A program made the translations under genes and the position numbers. From Escherichia coli (GTDB taxonomy: Bacteria; Pseudomonadota; Gammaproteobacteria; Enterobacterales; Enterobacteriaceae), in NCBI RefSeq assembly GCF_041886205.1, contig NZ_CP169029.1: DNA of 64,000 bases; one strand, 5' to 3'. The notes below the pieces were generated by a model that made no database searches, was not told where the DNA came from, and saw only the letters and a program-made list of their open reading frames with translations. Shown piece by piece: positions 21,353-35,839 of this stretch; position 1 is the stretch's first letter; the number at the start of each line of letters is the position of its first letter.

Positions 21353-22783
21353 TTAATGAACAAAACGTCCGGCACGAGACATAAATTCTTCTTCGCTCAT
21401 CTCCTGTCCGTTAAAAACAACTTTACCCGGTGTATAACGCAGTTGCAGCGAGGCGGTATTGTTGTCAATCGTGATTAACTGAAACATCTGACCTAATGTC
21501 ATCATCCCGCTGATTTGTTTATCAGCCTGCTTTTGCGCTTTTTCCGCATCCATTCCTTCAGATAAATTAAGCTGTTTTGCGGTTTCTGTGACGACATTAA
21601 GCGGTAACTTCACATCAAAATTGAGCGATTTGATATCTTTGTTTGTGGATGATGAAGATTTGGCTGGGTCGGCAATACTGATATCCAGATTGGCATTTAG
21701 TTCGCCGAGTGCGTTCTTCCATCTTACCGGTTGTTTAATGGTCGGCTCACTTTGTTGTAATAACGGTAAATACTCTTTGAACAATGCAGCATTCACTTCT
21801 TGCAGAGCAACTTCATCGTTTGCTAACTCAGGGTGTGCAGCAAGCTGCTTCTGCATCGCAATGTTATACTGGATGATAAATTGGCGCACTGCTGAGGGAT
21901 CAATAGATTCAGCAATCAATGACCACTCACCACTACCGAGTTGCTGATTCCCTTTTGTTAACTTATCAAGTTCGTAGGTCAGATTGACATTGATATAATC
22001 TTTGTCTTTAACGCGATCCAGCCTGGTTTTTGCAACGAAAGCATCGATTTGGGCAACGTCTTCCCCGTGATTGATAATGTTAATCTGATTAAATTTCGAC
22101 TCGCTTTCACCAACCGGAAATTTCTTTTCTTCTAATCGTGCCAGAGAATCAATGGTAAAACTTTTTGCCGTTACTTTGTTCATTGGTGATAATTGCAGAA
22201 CAATATCTTCGACTTTGCCTTCAATATCCAGGTTAGACAATGAACTACCATCACCATTAAAAGTAAACTGGCCCTCACCAAAAGAAAACTTTCCATACTC
22301 TGCAGGGGCAACATCTAATGTCGTAGAGAATGAGCCACCAAACGCGAATCGCAATGTCGCTTCCACGGGCGATTTATTTTTCGCGGCGATAAATAGCGGT
22401 TGTGTCAGTTCATTATTCACTAAGTTCACTTTTGCCGCTGCCAGTGCTGGGATGACATTACCATGCATTAACATTGTGATGGGCAACGGACCGTGCTCAA
22501 CATCCACATCAAATACAACTTTCTGGCCTGGCTTGATATTGAGATCGGGTGCACCGTTATCGAATGTCATTTGCATTTGAAAACGGGAATTAAAAAAGCC
22601 TTTGTCAAAGTTTTTATAACTTAACGTCATATCGTAGGCATGTTCACCTTTCTTTTTCGCATCGTTAAAATCTTTAATAAACTTTTCGATACCAGGCTGA
22701 ATTTGCGTACCTGTGTACCATGTGCCACCACCCCAGATTACGGCTAACGCAACAATAACACCTGTAGCTGACTTACGTATCAT
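21353..22783 (-). CDS. yihF: DUF945-family protein, likely secreted or periplasmic
   Basis: 476-aa product from MIRKSATGVIVALAVIWGGG (signal/anchor-like N-terminus); track ORF extends 14 codons upstream from a GTG. Confidence 0.8.
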   Translation of the reverse strand: MIRKSATGVIVALAVIWGGGTWYTGTQIQPGIEKFIKDFNDAKKKGEHAYDMTLSYKNFDKGFFNSRFQMQMTFDNGAPDLNIKPGQKVVFDVDVEHGPLPITMLMHGNVIPALAAAKVNLVNNELTQPLFIAAKNKSPVEATLRFAFGGSFSTTLDVAPAEYGKFSFGEGQFTFNGDGSSLSNLDIEGKVEDIVLQLSPMNKVTAKSFTIDSLARLEEKKFPVGESESKFNQINIINHGEDVAQIDAFVAKTRLDRVKDKDYINVNLTYELDKLTKGNQQLGSGEWSLIAESIDPSAVRQFIIQYNIAMQKQLAAHPELANDEVALQEVNAALFKEYLPLLQQSEPTIKQPVRWKNALGELNANLDISIADPAKSSSSTNKDIKSLNFDVKLPLNVVTETAKQLNLSEGMDAEKAQKQADKQISGMMTLGQMFQLITIDNNTASLQLRYTPGKVVFNGQEMSEEEFMSRAGRFVH

Positions 22784-22937
22784 ATAAATATTCCCTGATA
22801 AAACAGCAAAACTTTGAATATCCACTTATGCTGAAATAATGTCCAGCGGCAGGATGCATTATCAGAATGTATTTATATTTATTAAATAATAAAAAAAGCC
22901 CGTGAATATTCACGGGCTTTATGTAATTTACATTGAA

Positions 22938-23564
22938 TTATTTTTTCTCGGACAGATATTTCACCGTATCAGCATACTGCTGAACAAAAACATCCATATT
23001 GCTGGTATCCATACCCTGCGGATTCAGCTGATATTTACCGTTAACAAACATCGCCGGAACACCACGCAATTGCACATCAGCTGCGGCTTTTTCCTGCTGA
23101 GCGACCAGAGATTTCACCACGAAGCTGTTCCACGCCGCGTCGTACTCTTCACCTTTAATACCTGCATTGATAAATACATCGCGGATATCAGATGCTGAAC
23201 GAATGGTCTGGGTTTTCTGTACGCCTTCAAACAGTGGAACAGTCACTTTGTCTTCCACGCCCAGCGCCATCGCCACAGCCCATGCCTGAGTCAGATCTTT
23301 GCCCAGGTCACCCCCCATGAAGTTGACGTGGTATTTAGTCATCTTCACGCCTTCCGGCAGTTTTTTCTTCACGTTATCAGAAATATGCAGAACTTCTTCA
23401 AACTGATAGCAGTGCGGGCAGAAGAAAGAGAAAAACTCCAGCACTTGCGGCGCGCCAGCTACCGGTTTTTCCAGGGTAGTGTACTGTTTACCATCTTCAT
23501 ACTGCGCCGCCGATGCGCTAAACGCTAAAACTAAACCAGCCAGCGCCAGCCAAATCTTTTTCAT
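22938..23564 (-). CDS. dsbA: periplasmic thiol:disulfide oxidoreductase DsbA
   Basis: 208-aa ORF with signal peptide and CPHC active site ([12 protein letters not shown]). Confidence 0.97.
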
Positions 23565-23580
23565 GATCTACTCTCTCCGA

Positions 23581-24567
23581 TTAATACATAGGTGTTAATT
23601 GCAAAGGGGGTTCTTGTAGAACTTTTGCCTGTTCTATAAAAGTCGCCGTCTGTCGCAGCCAGTAATCTTCCCCGGTTAACCACGGGAAATTTTTCGGGAA
23701 CGCGGGATCAGCCCAACGCCGCATTAGCCAGGCAAGATAATAAACCAAACGCATGGCGCGTAAAGGTTCAATCAGTCCGATTTCAGCGGTGTCGAACTCG
23801 CTAAACTCTTCATAAGCTTCAATAATAGTTTCCAGTTGCATCCGCTGCTCGGCTTTATCGCCATTGAGCAACATCCACAAATCCTGAATAGCTGGACCAT
23901 TACGTGCATCATCCAGATCAACAAACATTGGACCATCGCGCCAGAGAATATTCCCGGCGTGGCAGTCTCCATGTAGCCGCAGAACGGTGAAATCTTCCCG
24001 CCAGTGTGCTGTAACGGCGGCGATCAGCTCATCTGTCGCTTTCAGGAATGCCGCTTTCAACCCGGAAGGTATCAGTGTAGCGTCCTCAAACAGCTTGCGT
24101 GGCTCAATGAGATATTCATTCAGACCGATGGTCGGGCGATGGATAAAAAGCTGTTTGCGCCCCGTCTGGTGCATACGCCCTAAATAACGCCCAACCGCTT
24201 CCATCTGATCGATATTATCAGCTTCGAACTGGCGACCACCGACGCTTGGAAAAACAGCGAAATAAAATCCCTGATGATTCAATAAAGTCTGACCGTTAAA
24301 GGCCACAGGTGCTGCGACCGGAACTTCATCATTTACCAGCTGCAACGCAAATTGATGTTCTTCGAGGATTTGATCGGCTGTCCAACGTTCAGGGCGATAA
24401 AATTTGACGACAAAACGTCGACGATCTTCGTCCTGAAATTGATAGACACGGTTTTCATAGCTGTTAAGCGGGGTAAGACCGGAATCCACCCGGATCCCTT
24501 GCTCAAACAGAGCGTCCATGATGGTATCCGGGTGTAGTGTCTGGAAAGTAAAAGCGCTGTTGTTCAT
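23581..24567 (-). CDS. srkA: stress-response Ser/Thr protein kinase SrkA (YihE)
   Basis: 328-aa ORF; dsbA lies 16 bp downstream. Confidence 0.9.
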   Translation of the reverse strand: MNNSAFTFQTLHPDTIMDALFEQGIRVDSGLTPLNSYENRVYQFQDEDRRRFVVKFYRPERWTADQILEEHQFALQLVNDEVPVAAPVAFNGQTLLNHQGFYFAVFPSVGGRQFEADNIDQMEAVGRYLGRMHQTGRKQLFIHRPTIGLNEYLIEPRKLFEDATLIPSGLKAAFLKATDELIAAVTAHWREDFTVLRLHGDCHAGNILWRDGPMFVDLDDARNGPAIQDLWMLLNGDKAEQRMQLETIIEAYEEFSEFDTAEIGLIEPLRAMRLVYYLAWLMRRWADPAFPKNFPWLTGEDYWLRQTATFIEQAKVLQEPPLQLTPMY

Positions 24568-24643
24568 CCCATCATCCGGAAAACATTACGAATGATGAAG
24601 GATATCATTTCACGATGATTTTGGTGGCGCCGCTTACAAGCTT

Positions 24644-24913
24644 TTACTCTTTAATTACGCCGCGAGCGCGTAACAGCGCCGTTTTGAAGTCTTCTTCATA
24701 ATCTTTCTGCAAACCCGGGATCACCGCATCTTTCGCGGAATCACGCATTTTCAGGTGATAGATCAGAATGTCATCCGTCAAATCCGCCAGTTCGCCGTCA
24801 AAACCTGACTCTTTCGCCAGTTTCTGCAAAAATTGCAACAGGTTAAGGTCTGGCTCTTTTTGCCAGGCTGGCTGGAGGAGTTCAATAACTTCATTCAGAC
24901 GTTTACATTTCAT
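24644..24913 (-). CDS. yihD: DUF1040 protein YihD
   Basis: 89-aa product from MKCKRLNEV; track ORF has a 10-codon N-terminal extension. Confidence 0.8.
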
Positions 24914-24982
24914 AGTGATGCTCCTTACTCTTGAGACAGACACGTTAGCAGGGTCAATCCCACAATAAAAGAGGCGATATCG

Positions 24983-25567
24983 GTGAATCTGATGACGACG
25001 ATAACAGGCGTTGTGCTGGCAGGCGGTAAAGCCAGACGAATGGGCGGCGTAGATAAAGGATTGCTGGACTTAAATGGCAAACCGCTGTGGCAACATGTCG
25101 CTGACGCGCTTATGACGCAGCTCTCTCACGTCGTGGTTAATGCTAATCGTCATCAGGAAATCTATCAGGCAAGCGGTCTGAAAGTGATTGAAGATTCACT
25201 GGCGGATTACCCAGGCCCTCTGGCAGGAATGCTTTCAGTAATGCAGCAGGAAGCTGGTGAGTGGTTTTTGTTTTGCCCGTGCGATACGCCTTACATTCCC
25301 CCTGATTTAGCAGCCAGGCTTAATCATCAGCGCAAAGATGCGCCTGTCGTGTGGGTCCATGACGGTGAACGCGATCACCCGACTATTGCTCTGGTAAACC
25401 GCGCTATTGAGCCTTTATTACTGGAATATCTGCAAGCAGGAGAACGCCGGGTAATGGTATTTATGCGTCTGGCTGGCGGTCATGCGGTTGATTTCAGCGA
25501 TCATAAAGATGCATTTGTTAACGTGAATACGCCAGAGGAGCTTGCCCGATGGCAGGAAAAACGATGA
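24983..25567 (+). CDS. mobA: molybdenum cofactor guanylyltransferase
   Basis: 194-aa ORF with [11 protein letters not shown] motif. Confidence 0.93.
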
Positions 25568-26076
25568 TACCGTTACTCGCCTTTGCCGCGTGGAGTGGTA
25601 CCGGAAAAACTACGCTTTTGAAAAAACTGATCCCGGCATTATGCGCCAGAGGGATCCGTCCAGGGCTGATTAAGCATACGCACCATGATATGGATGTTGA
25701 TAAGCCAGGCAAAGATAGCTATGAGCTGCGCAAGGCTGGCGCGGCACAAACCATCGTTGCCAGCCAGCAACGATGGGCCTTGATGACGGAAACACCAGAC
25801 GAAGAAGAGCTGGATCTACAGTTTCTCGCAAGTCGAATGGATACCTCAAAGCTGGATTTGATTCTGGTCGAAGGGTTTAAGCATGAAGAGATCGCAAAGA
25901 TTGTGCTGTTTCGCGATGGAGCCGGACATCGACCTGAAGAATTAGTGATAGACAGGCATGTTATTGCTGTAGCCAGTGATGTGCCGCTTAATCTTGATGT
26001 CGCATTACTGGATATTAATGATGTTGAGGGGCTGGCTGATTTTGTGGTGGAGTGGATGCAAAAGCAGAACGGATAA
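25549..26076 (+). CDS. mobB: molybdopterin-guanine dinucleotide biosynthesis adapter MobB
   Basis: 175-aa ORF overlapping mobA by 19 nt; P-loop SGTGKTT; alternative start MIPLL at 25564. Confidence 0.9.
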   Translation: MAGKTMIPLLAFAAWSGTGKTTLLKKLIPALCARGIRPGLIKHTHHDMDVDKPGKDSYELRKAGAAQTIVASQQRWALMTETPDEEELDLQFLASRMDTSKLDLILVEGFKHEEIAKIVLFRDGAGHRPEELVIDRHVIAVASDVPLNLDVALLDINDVEGLADFVVEWMQKQNG

Positions 26077-26085
26077 GCAAGAGTA

Positions 26086-26121
26086 GGCTGGATAAGACGC
26101 GCCAGCGTCGCATCCGGCATT
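26086..26121. repeat. REP element between mobB and the rrnA terminator
   Basis: GGCTGGATAAGACGCGCCAGCGTCGCATCCGGC palindromic unit. Confidence 0.7.
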
Positions 26122-26135
26122 TTTTTCTGCGCCAA

Positions 26136-26168
26136 TGCAAAAAGGCCATCCGTCAGGATGGCCTTCTG
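26136..26168 (-). terminator. rrnA operon terminator (hairpin AAGGCCATCCTGACGGATGGCCTT + U-run)
   Basis: inverted repeat immediately after the 5S 3' end on the minus strand. Confidence 0.75.
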
Positions 26169-26177
26169 CTTAATTTG

Positions 26178-26297
26178 ATGCCTGGCAGTTCCCTACTCTC
26201 GCATGGGGAGACCCCACACTACCATCGGCGCTACGGCGTTTCACTTCTGAGTTCGGCATGGGGTCAGGTGGGACCACCGCGCTACGGCCGCCAGGCA
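26178..26297 (-). rRNA. rrfA: 5S ribosomal RNA
   Basis: 120-nt match to E. coli 5S rRNA (reverse complement ATGCCTGGCAGTTCCCTACTCTCGCATGGGG...). Confidence 0.97.
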
Positions 26298-26389
26298 AAT
26301 TCTTTTTTATCAGACCGCTTCTGCGTTCTGATTTAATCTGTATCAGGCTGAAAATCTTCTCTCATCCGCCAAAACACCTTCGGCGTTGT

Positions 26390-29292
<2,903 letters not shown>

Positions 29293-29475
29293 TCACAACC
29301 CGAAGATGTTTCTTTCGATTCATCATCGTGTTGCGAAAATTTGAGAGACTCACGAACAACTTTCGTTGTTCAGTGTTTCAATTTTCAGCTTGATCCAGAT
29401 TTTTAAAGAGCAAAACTTCGCAGTGAACCTTTGCAGGTACACTCTGAAGTATTTTTTATTTAATCACTACAGAGA

Positions 29476-29551
29476 TGGTGGAGCTATGCGGGATCGAACC
29501 GCAGACCTCCTGCGTGCAAAGCAGGCGCTCTCCCAGCTGAGCTATAGCCCC
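29476..29551 (-). tRNA. alaT: tRNA-Ala (UGC)
   Basis: 76-nt match to GGGGCTATAGCTCAGCTGGGAGAGCGCCTGCTTTGCACGCAGGAGGTCTGCGGTTCGATCCCGCATAGCTCCACCA. Confidence 0.97.
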
Positions 29552-29593
29552 ATAACATGTAGTTAAAACCTCTTCAAATTTGCGGTGCAAATT

Positions 29594-29670
<77 letters not shown>

Positions 29671-29738
29671 GTAGAGGTTTTACTGCTCATTTTCATCAGA
29701 CAATCTGTGTGAGCACTGCAAAGTACGCTTCTTTAAGG

Positions 29739-31280
<1,542 letters not shown>

Positions 31281-31405
31281 AAAAGTTTGATGCTCAAAGA
31301 ATTAAACTTCGTAATGAATTACGTGTTCACTCTTGAGACTTGGTATTCATTTTTCGTCTTGCGACGTTAAGAATCCGTATCTTCGAGTGCCCACACAGAT
31401 TGTCT

Positions 31406-31425
31406 GATAAATTGTTAAAGAGCAG
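31406..31425 (-). promoter_or_regulatory. rrn leader boxA antitermination element (TGCTCTTTAACAATTTATCA)
   Basis: exact boxA-containing leader motif on the minus strand between P2 and 16S. Confidence 0.8.
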
Positions 31426-31462
31426 TGCCGCTTCGCTTTTTCTCAGCGGCGCGGGGTGTGCA

Positions 31463-31490
31463 TAATACGCTTTCCCGCTACAGAGTCAAG
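31463..31490 (-). promoter_or_regulatory. rrnA P2 promoter (-35 TTGACT, -10 TATTAT)
   Basis: minus-strand TTGACTCTGTAGCGGGAAAGCGTATTATGC. Confidence 0.75.
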
Positions 31491-31580
31491 CATTTATTTT
31501 TGCTTTCTCTGCCGGAATTCTCAGGAGAACCCCGCTGACCCGGCGGCGTGTTTGCCGTTGTTCCGTGTCAGTGGTGGCGC

Positions 31581-31608
31581 ATTATAGGGAGTTATTCCGG
31601 CCTGACAA
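31581..31608 (-). promoter_or_regulatory. rrnA P1 promoter (-35 TTGTCA, -10 TATAAT)
   Basis: minus-strand TTGTCAGGCCGGAATAACTCCCTATAATGCGCCACCACTG; upstream UP/Fis region runs into the hemG 3' end. Confidence 0.8.
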
Positions 31609-31657
31609 GAGGAAATTTAAAATAATTTTCCGACCGCGCATTTTTTATTCTTTATGC

Positions 31658-32203
31658 TTATTTCAGCGTCGGTTTGTCGGTTAAATGGGCGATTTCTCGG
31701 GCGAAATTCGCCACCTGCTCCCAATCGGTATAGACAACTTCTTTGCGCGTATCCGTTTCACCGCCTGACATCTTCATAATTAGCTTGATCATAAAACGGT
31801 CGTACCAGCGATAACGTGGGTAACGCAGCGCCCCGGCAATGACCGCGCAGCGATCGGGACGCCATTGCGAGTTCATCAGAAACTTCCGCGCGTAGCTGTT
31901 GGTCTGTGGAGTGCGCTTCTCCGGTTTACGCGCCACCAGGTTTACGGAGTAAAAGGCGCTCGGCATCGAATTCAGCCGCGTCGCATGCTTTTTGACAAAT
32001 TCCTGGAACGCAGAGTGGTAGTGACCATAGCGAATAGAAGCACCAATGACCACACGGTCGTAGTTTTCCCACTGTGGTTCTTCAATGCGGTGCACATTGG
32101 CGACATCCGCCTGGATCCCCAGTTCTTTCAGTTCCGAAGCCAAGTAGGAGGCAATCTCGCGCGTTTGTCCGTCCCTTGTTGAGAAAAGAATTAATGTTTT
32201 CAC
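31658..32203 (-). CDS. hemG: protoporphyrinogen IX dehydrogenase (menaquinone-dependent, flavodoxin-like)
   Basis: 181-aa ORF recognised as HemG; directly upstream of rrnA. Confidence 0.95.
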   Translation of the reverse strand: MKTLILFSTRDGQTREIASYLASELKELGIQADVANVHRIEEPQWENYDRVVIGASIRYGHYHSAFQEFVKKHATRLNSMPSAFYSVNLVARKPEKRTPQTNSYARKFLMNSQWRPDRCAVIAGALRYPRYRWYDRFMIKLIMKMSGGETDTRKEVVYTDWEQVANFAREIAHLTDKPTLK

Positions 32204-32214
32204 GTATTACTCCA

Positions 32215-33666
32215 TCATTCACGCCAGAAAGTCGGGGTAAAGAGCACCAGCAATGTAAAGACCTCGAGACGACCAAACAGCATGTTGGCAATCAGGATCC
32301 ATTTAGCCACCGGGTTCATACTGGTAAAGTTATCAGCAACCACGCCAAGCCCCGGCCCCAGGTTATTCAATGTCGCAACAACCGAGGCAAAAGCAGAAAA
32401 GTCATCCACGCCCGTGGCGATAATCGCCAGCATACTGACAATAAACACCAATGCATAGGCGGAGAAAAATCCCCAAACGGCTTCGAGGATACGTTCCGGC
32501 AGTGCGCGATTCCCCAGCTTAATGCTATAGACGGCGTTCGGATGCACCAGTCGTTTCAGCTCACGGTTCCCCTGCTTAAACAGCAGCAGGATGCGGATCA
32601 CTTTCAGGCCACCGCCCGTTGACCCGGCACAACCGCCGATAAAAGCTGAACATAAAAGCAGTACCGGCAAAAAGAGCGGCCAGCGGGCAATGCTGTCAGT
32701 CGTAAACCCGGCGGTTGTCGCCATCGACACCACCTGGAAAAACGCCTGGTTAATTGTCATCAGCGCCGAACTGTAGACATTGTGAAACCACAGTACGAGG
32801 GTACAAATAACCACCAGCGTAAACTGTACGCCGATAAACATGCGAAATTCCGGATCGCGCCAATAAACCTTCAGACTACGCCCACTTAACAGTGAAAAGT
32901 GCAGACCGTAGTTACAGCCGGAGATCAGCAGGAAGATAGCAATGATAGTGTTAATAGTCGGGCTGTCGAAATAACCGATACTGGCATCATGTGTCGAGAA
33001 GCCGCCAATAGCGATAGTCGCAAAGCTATGGCCGATGGCATCAAAGGCATCCATTCCGGCAAACCACAACGCCAGCGCACAGGCGACGGTCAGCAAGACA
33101 TAAATCAACCACAGGGTTTTCGCCGTTTCCGCAATTCGCGGGCGCATTTTGTTATCTTTCAGCGGGCCGGGCATTTCTGCGCGATAGAGCTGCATCCCAC
33201 CCACGCCGAGGATAGGCAGTATCGCAACCGCTAACACGATGATCCCCATCCCGCCAAACCATTGCAGCATCTGGCGATAAAAGAGGATGGCGTGAGGGAG
33301 CGAATCCAGCCCCACCAGCGTAGTGGCCCCGGTGGTGGTCAGGCCAGAGAAAGATTCAAAAAACGCATCGGTAATCGTGAGGTTCGGGCTTTCCGAGAAG
33401 ATAAAAGGGAGCGCACCGACACTACCCAGCACGGTCCAGAACAGCACCACTATCAGAAACCCCTCACGGGATTTCAGTTCGCCCTTCTCTTTACGGTTCG
33501 GCCACCACAGCATAGAACCAATGGCGAGGGCGACAAAAAAGGTCTGGGTAAAAGCGCGGCCCGCTCCATCCCGGTAGATGAGTGCTACCAGCCCAGGGAT
33601 AATCATGGTCCCTGAAAATAAGATGACCAGTAGTCCAACGATTCGGGTAATGGCGCGAAAATGCAT
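32215..33666 (-). CDS. trkH: Trk potassium uptake protein TrkH
   Basis: 483-aa polytopic membrane ORF, recognised TrkH. Confidence 0.95.
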   Translation of the reverse strand: MHFRAITRIVGLLVILFSGTMIIPGLVALIYRDGAGRAFTQTFFVALAIGSMLWWPNRKEKGELKSREGFLIVVLFWTVLGSVGALPFIFSESPNLTITDAFFESFSGLTTTGATTLVGLDSLPHAILFYRQMLQWFGGMGIIVLAVAILPILGVGGMQLYRAEMPGPLKDNKMRPRIAETAKTLWLIYVLLTVACALALWFAGMDAFDAIGHSFATIAIGGFSTHDASIGYFDSPTINTIIAIFLLISGCNYGLHFSLLSGRSLKVYWRDPEFRMFIGVQFTLVVICTLVLWFHNVYSSALMTINQAFFQVVSMATTAGFTTDSIARWPLFLPVLLLCSAFIGGCAGSTGGGLKVIRILLLFKQGNRELKRLVHPNAVYSIKLGNRALPERILEAVWGFFSAYALVFIVSMLAIIATGVDDFSAFASVVATLNNLGPGLGVVADNFTSMNPVAKWILIANMLFGRLEVFTLLVLFTPTFWRE

Positions 33667-33704
33667 CTCTGCCGCTTCCTTAGTTCTGCAAAACGAAGTG
33701 GGGA

Positions 33705-34322
33705 TTATTCTTCAATCGCTAACAATTGCAATGAACCACGGCTAAAATCCGCCAGCTTTGCGGAAAATTCAGCCACTTTCGCCGCCGGAAGCGCCACCCG
33801 CAGCAGAACGAATGCCTGATAATCACTGTTGATAATTTTGCCGTCACACTGCCCCAGCAACGCTTCAATGCCGGTTAACTGACTATATTCACATTGCAAA
33901 GTATATTCGGTTAATGGCGTCTTGCGTTGGGTCGTTAGCTGGCGCAGCGCCTGATTCACGCCGCCGCCATACGCTTTCACTAACCCACCGGTGCCAAGCA
34001 ATATGCCACCGTAGTAGCGCACTACCACAGCGGTAATTTCCCCGACGCCGCTGCCCATTAGCTGGGCGAGCATCGGTTTACCTGCCGTTCCTGCCGGCTC
34101 CCCGTCGTCAGAGAAACCCAGCTGTTGAGAATCATCCGGCGCACCCGCCACCCACGCCACGCAATGGTGGCGGGCATCGGGGTGTTCTGCCCGCACCGAT
34201 TCAACAAACGCTTTCGCCGCCTCAACGCCATCGGTATGCGCCAACAGTGTTATGAAGCGGCTCTTTTTGATCTCTTCAACGACCGTGACCGGTGCCGCAG
34301 GAATTAACCAGCTTTCCATCAC
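33705..34322 (-). CDS. yigZ: IMPACT-family protein YigZ
   Basis: 205-aa ORF; start overlaps the pepQ stop by 4 nt. Confidence 0.85.
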   Translation of the reverse strand: MMESWLIPAAPVTVVEEIKKSRFITLLAHTDGVEAAKAFVESVRAEHPDARHHCVAWVAGAPDDSQQLGFSDDGEPAGTAGKPMLAQLMGSGVGEITAVVVRYYGGILLGTGGLVKAYGGGVNQALRQLTTQRKTPLTEYTLQCEYSQLTGIEALLGQCDGKIINSDYQAFVLLRVALPAAKVAEFSAKLADFSRGSLQLLAIEE

Positions 34323-35650
34323 GCCAGTTTCAGATCCCGGGTCATGTTTTCCACGTTGTTTTCGTGGATCACCACGTTGTCTTCGATACGAATGCCGCCG
34401 AACGGTTTCAGTGCTTCAATTTTCTGCCAGTTGAAGTGCTTGCTGAACTGCCCTTCACGCCACGGTGCCAGTAGCGATTCAATGAAGTAGATACCCGGTT
34501 CGATGGTTAACACCATGCCCGGCTGGAGAATACGGGTGCAGCGCAGGTACGGATATTTTGCCGGTGCCGCGAGGTGTGTACCGCTATCATCCTGCATAAA
34601 ACCGGCTACGTCATGCACCTGCAGGCCCAGCGGATGACCGATACCATGCGGCATAAACGGTCCGGTGAGATTGTTTTCGACCATCGCTTCTTCACTCATA
34701 TCGGTGATGATTTGATGTTTACGCAGCAATTTGGCGATACGCTGATGGAACTGGATGTGGTAATCCACATAGCTGACGCCAGCTTTCATGGTGGCGATCA
34801 GCGCAAGTTGTTCATCATTTACGTCTTTCACCAGCTGTGCGTAGTCGTTGTCGCTTTTTGCCGACCAGGTACGGGTCAGGTCAGCCGCATAGCCGTTATA
34901 TTCGGTCCCGGCATCCAGCAGGAAGCTGCGCATCTCTTCCGGCGCCTGATGATCCAGTTTGGTGTAATGCAGCACCGCAGCGTGTTCGTTGAGCGCCACA
35001 ATGTTGCTGTAAGGCACGTCGGTATCACGATGACCGGTCGCGGTCAGATAGGCAATGTTGATATCGAACTCGCTCATGCCAGAACGGAACGCTTCTTCTG
35101 CCGCGCGATGACCGTTGACCGCCATTTTCTGCGCTTCACGCATACAGGCCAGTTCGTACTCGGTTTTGAAGGAGCGATAGTAATGCAGGTAGTCGATCAC
35201 CCCTTTCGGGTTGATGTTGCTGGCCTCAATACCCAGTTGCAGCGCACGTTCCGGCACCGGACCGATATAACCGATATTGCCGCGCGCAGCAGGCAGCAGG
35301 CTACCAATGCCATCGGCTTTCGGCAGCGCGATCACTTCCACATCTTCAGTCCAGAAGGAGGTCGGCAGCGGTTCGACGTTGTGCCAGTAATCAACCGGCA
35401 GATAGAACCACAGTTTCGGCTTATTCACGCCATCCACCAGCAACCAGCAGTTTGGTACCTGAGTTACCGGCACCCACGCTTTGAATTGCGGGTTCACTTT
35501 AAACGGATAGGGATGATCGTCGAGAAAAACGTTGAACAGTTCGCCGGAGTGAATAAGTAACGCATCCAGCTTGAAGCGCGTCAGCGCATCGCGAGTCCGT
35601 TCCTGCAATGTAGCTATATGATTTTTATAGAGCGAGGCCAGTGATTCCAT
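34319..35650 (-). CDS. pepQ: Xaa-Pro dipeptidase (prolidase)
   Basis: 443-aa ORF recognised as PepQ. Confidence 0.95.
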   Translation of the reverse strand: MESLASLYKNHIATLQERTRDALTRFKLDALLIHSGELFNVFLDDHPYPFKVNPQFKAWVPVTQVPNCWLLVDGVNKPKLWFYLPVDYWHNVEPLPTSFWTEDVEVIALPKADGIGSLLPAARGNIGYIGPVPERALQLGIEASNINPKGVIDYLHYYRSFKTEYELACMREAQKMAVNGHRAAEEAFRSGMSEFDINIAYLTATGHRDTDVPYSNIVALNEHAAVLHYTKLDHQAPEEMRSFLLDAGTEYNGYAADLTRTWSAKSDNDYAQLVKDVNDEQLALIATMKAGVSYVDYHIQFHQRIAKLLRKHQIITDMSEEAMVENNLTGPFMPHGIGHPLGLQVHDVAGFMQDDSGTHLAAPAKYPYLRCTRILQPGMVLTIEPGIYFIESLLAPWREGQFSKHFNWQKIEALKPFGGIRIEDNVVIHENNVENMTRDLKLA

Positions 35651-35797
35651 TTTTTACCCTTCTGTTTTTTTGACCTTAAGTCTCCGCATCTTAGCACATC
35701 GTTCATCCAGAGCGTGATTTCTGCCGAGCGTGATCAGATCGGCATTTCTTTAATCTTTTATTTGCATATTTTTAACACAAAATACACACTTCGATGC

Positions 35798-35814
35798 ATC
35801 TGGTACGACCAGAT
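35798..35814 (+). promoter_or_regulatory. FadR operator of the fadBA promoter (ATCTGGTACGACCAGAT)
   Basis: 17-bp palindrome 26 bp upstream of the fadB ATG. Confidence 0.8.
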
Positions 35815-35839
35815 CACCTTGCGGATTCAGGAGACTGAC

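Noticed and set aside
34574-35560. 328-aa plus-strand ORF antisense to pepQ
   Set aside because: Shadow ORF within pepQ
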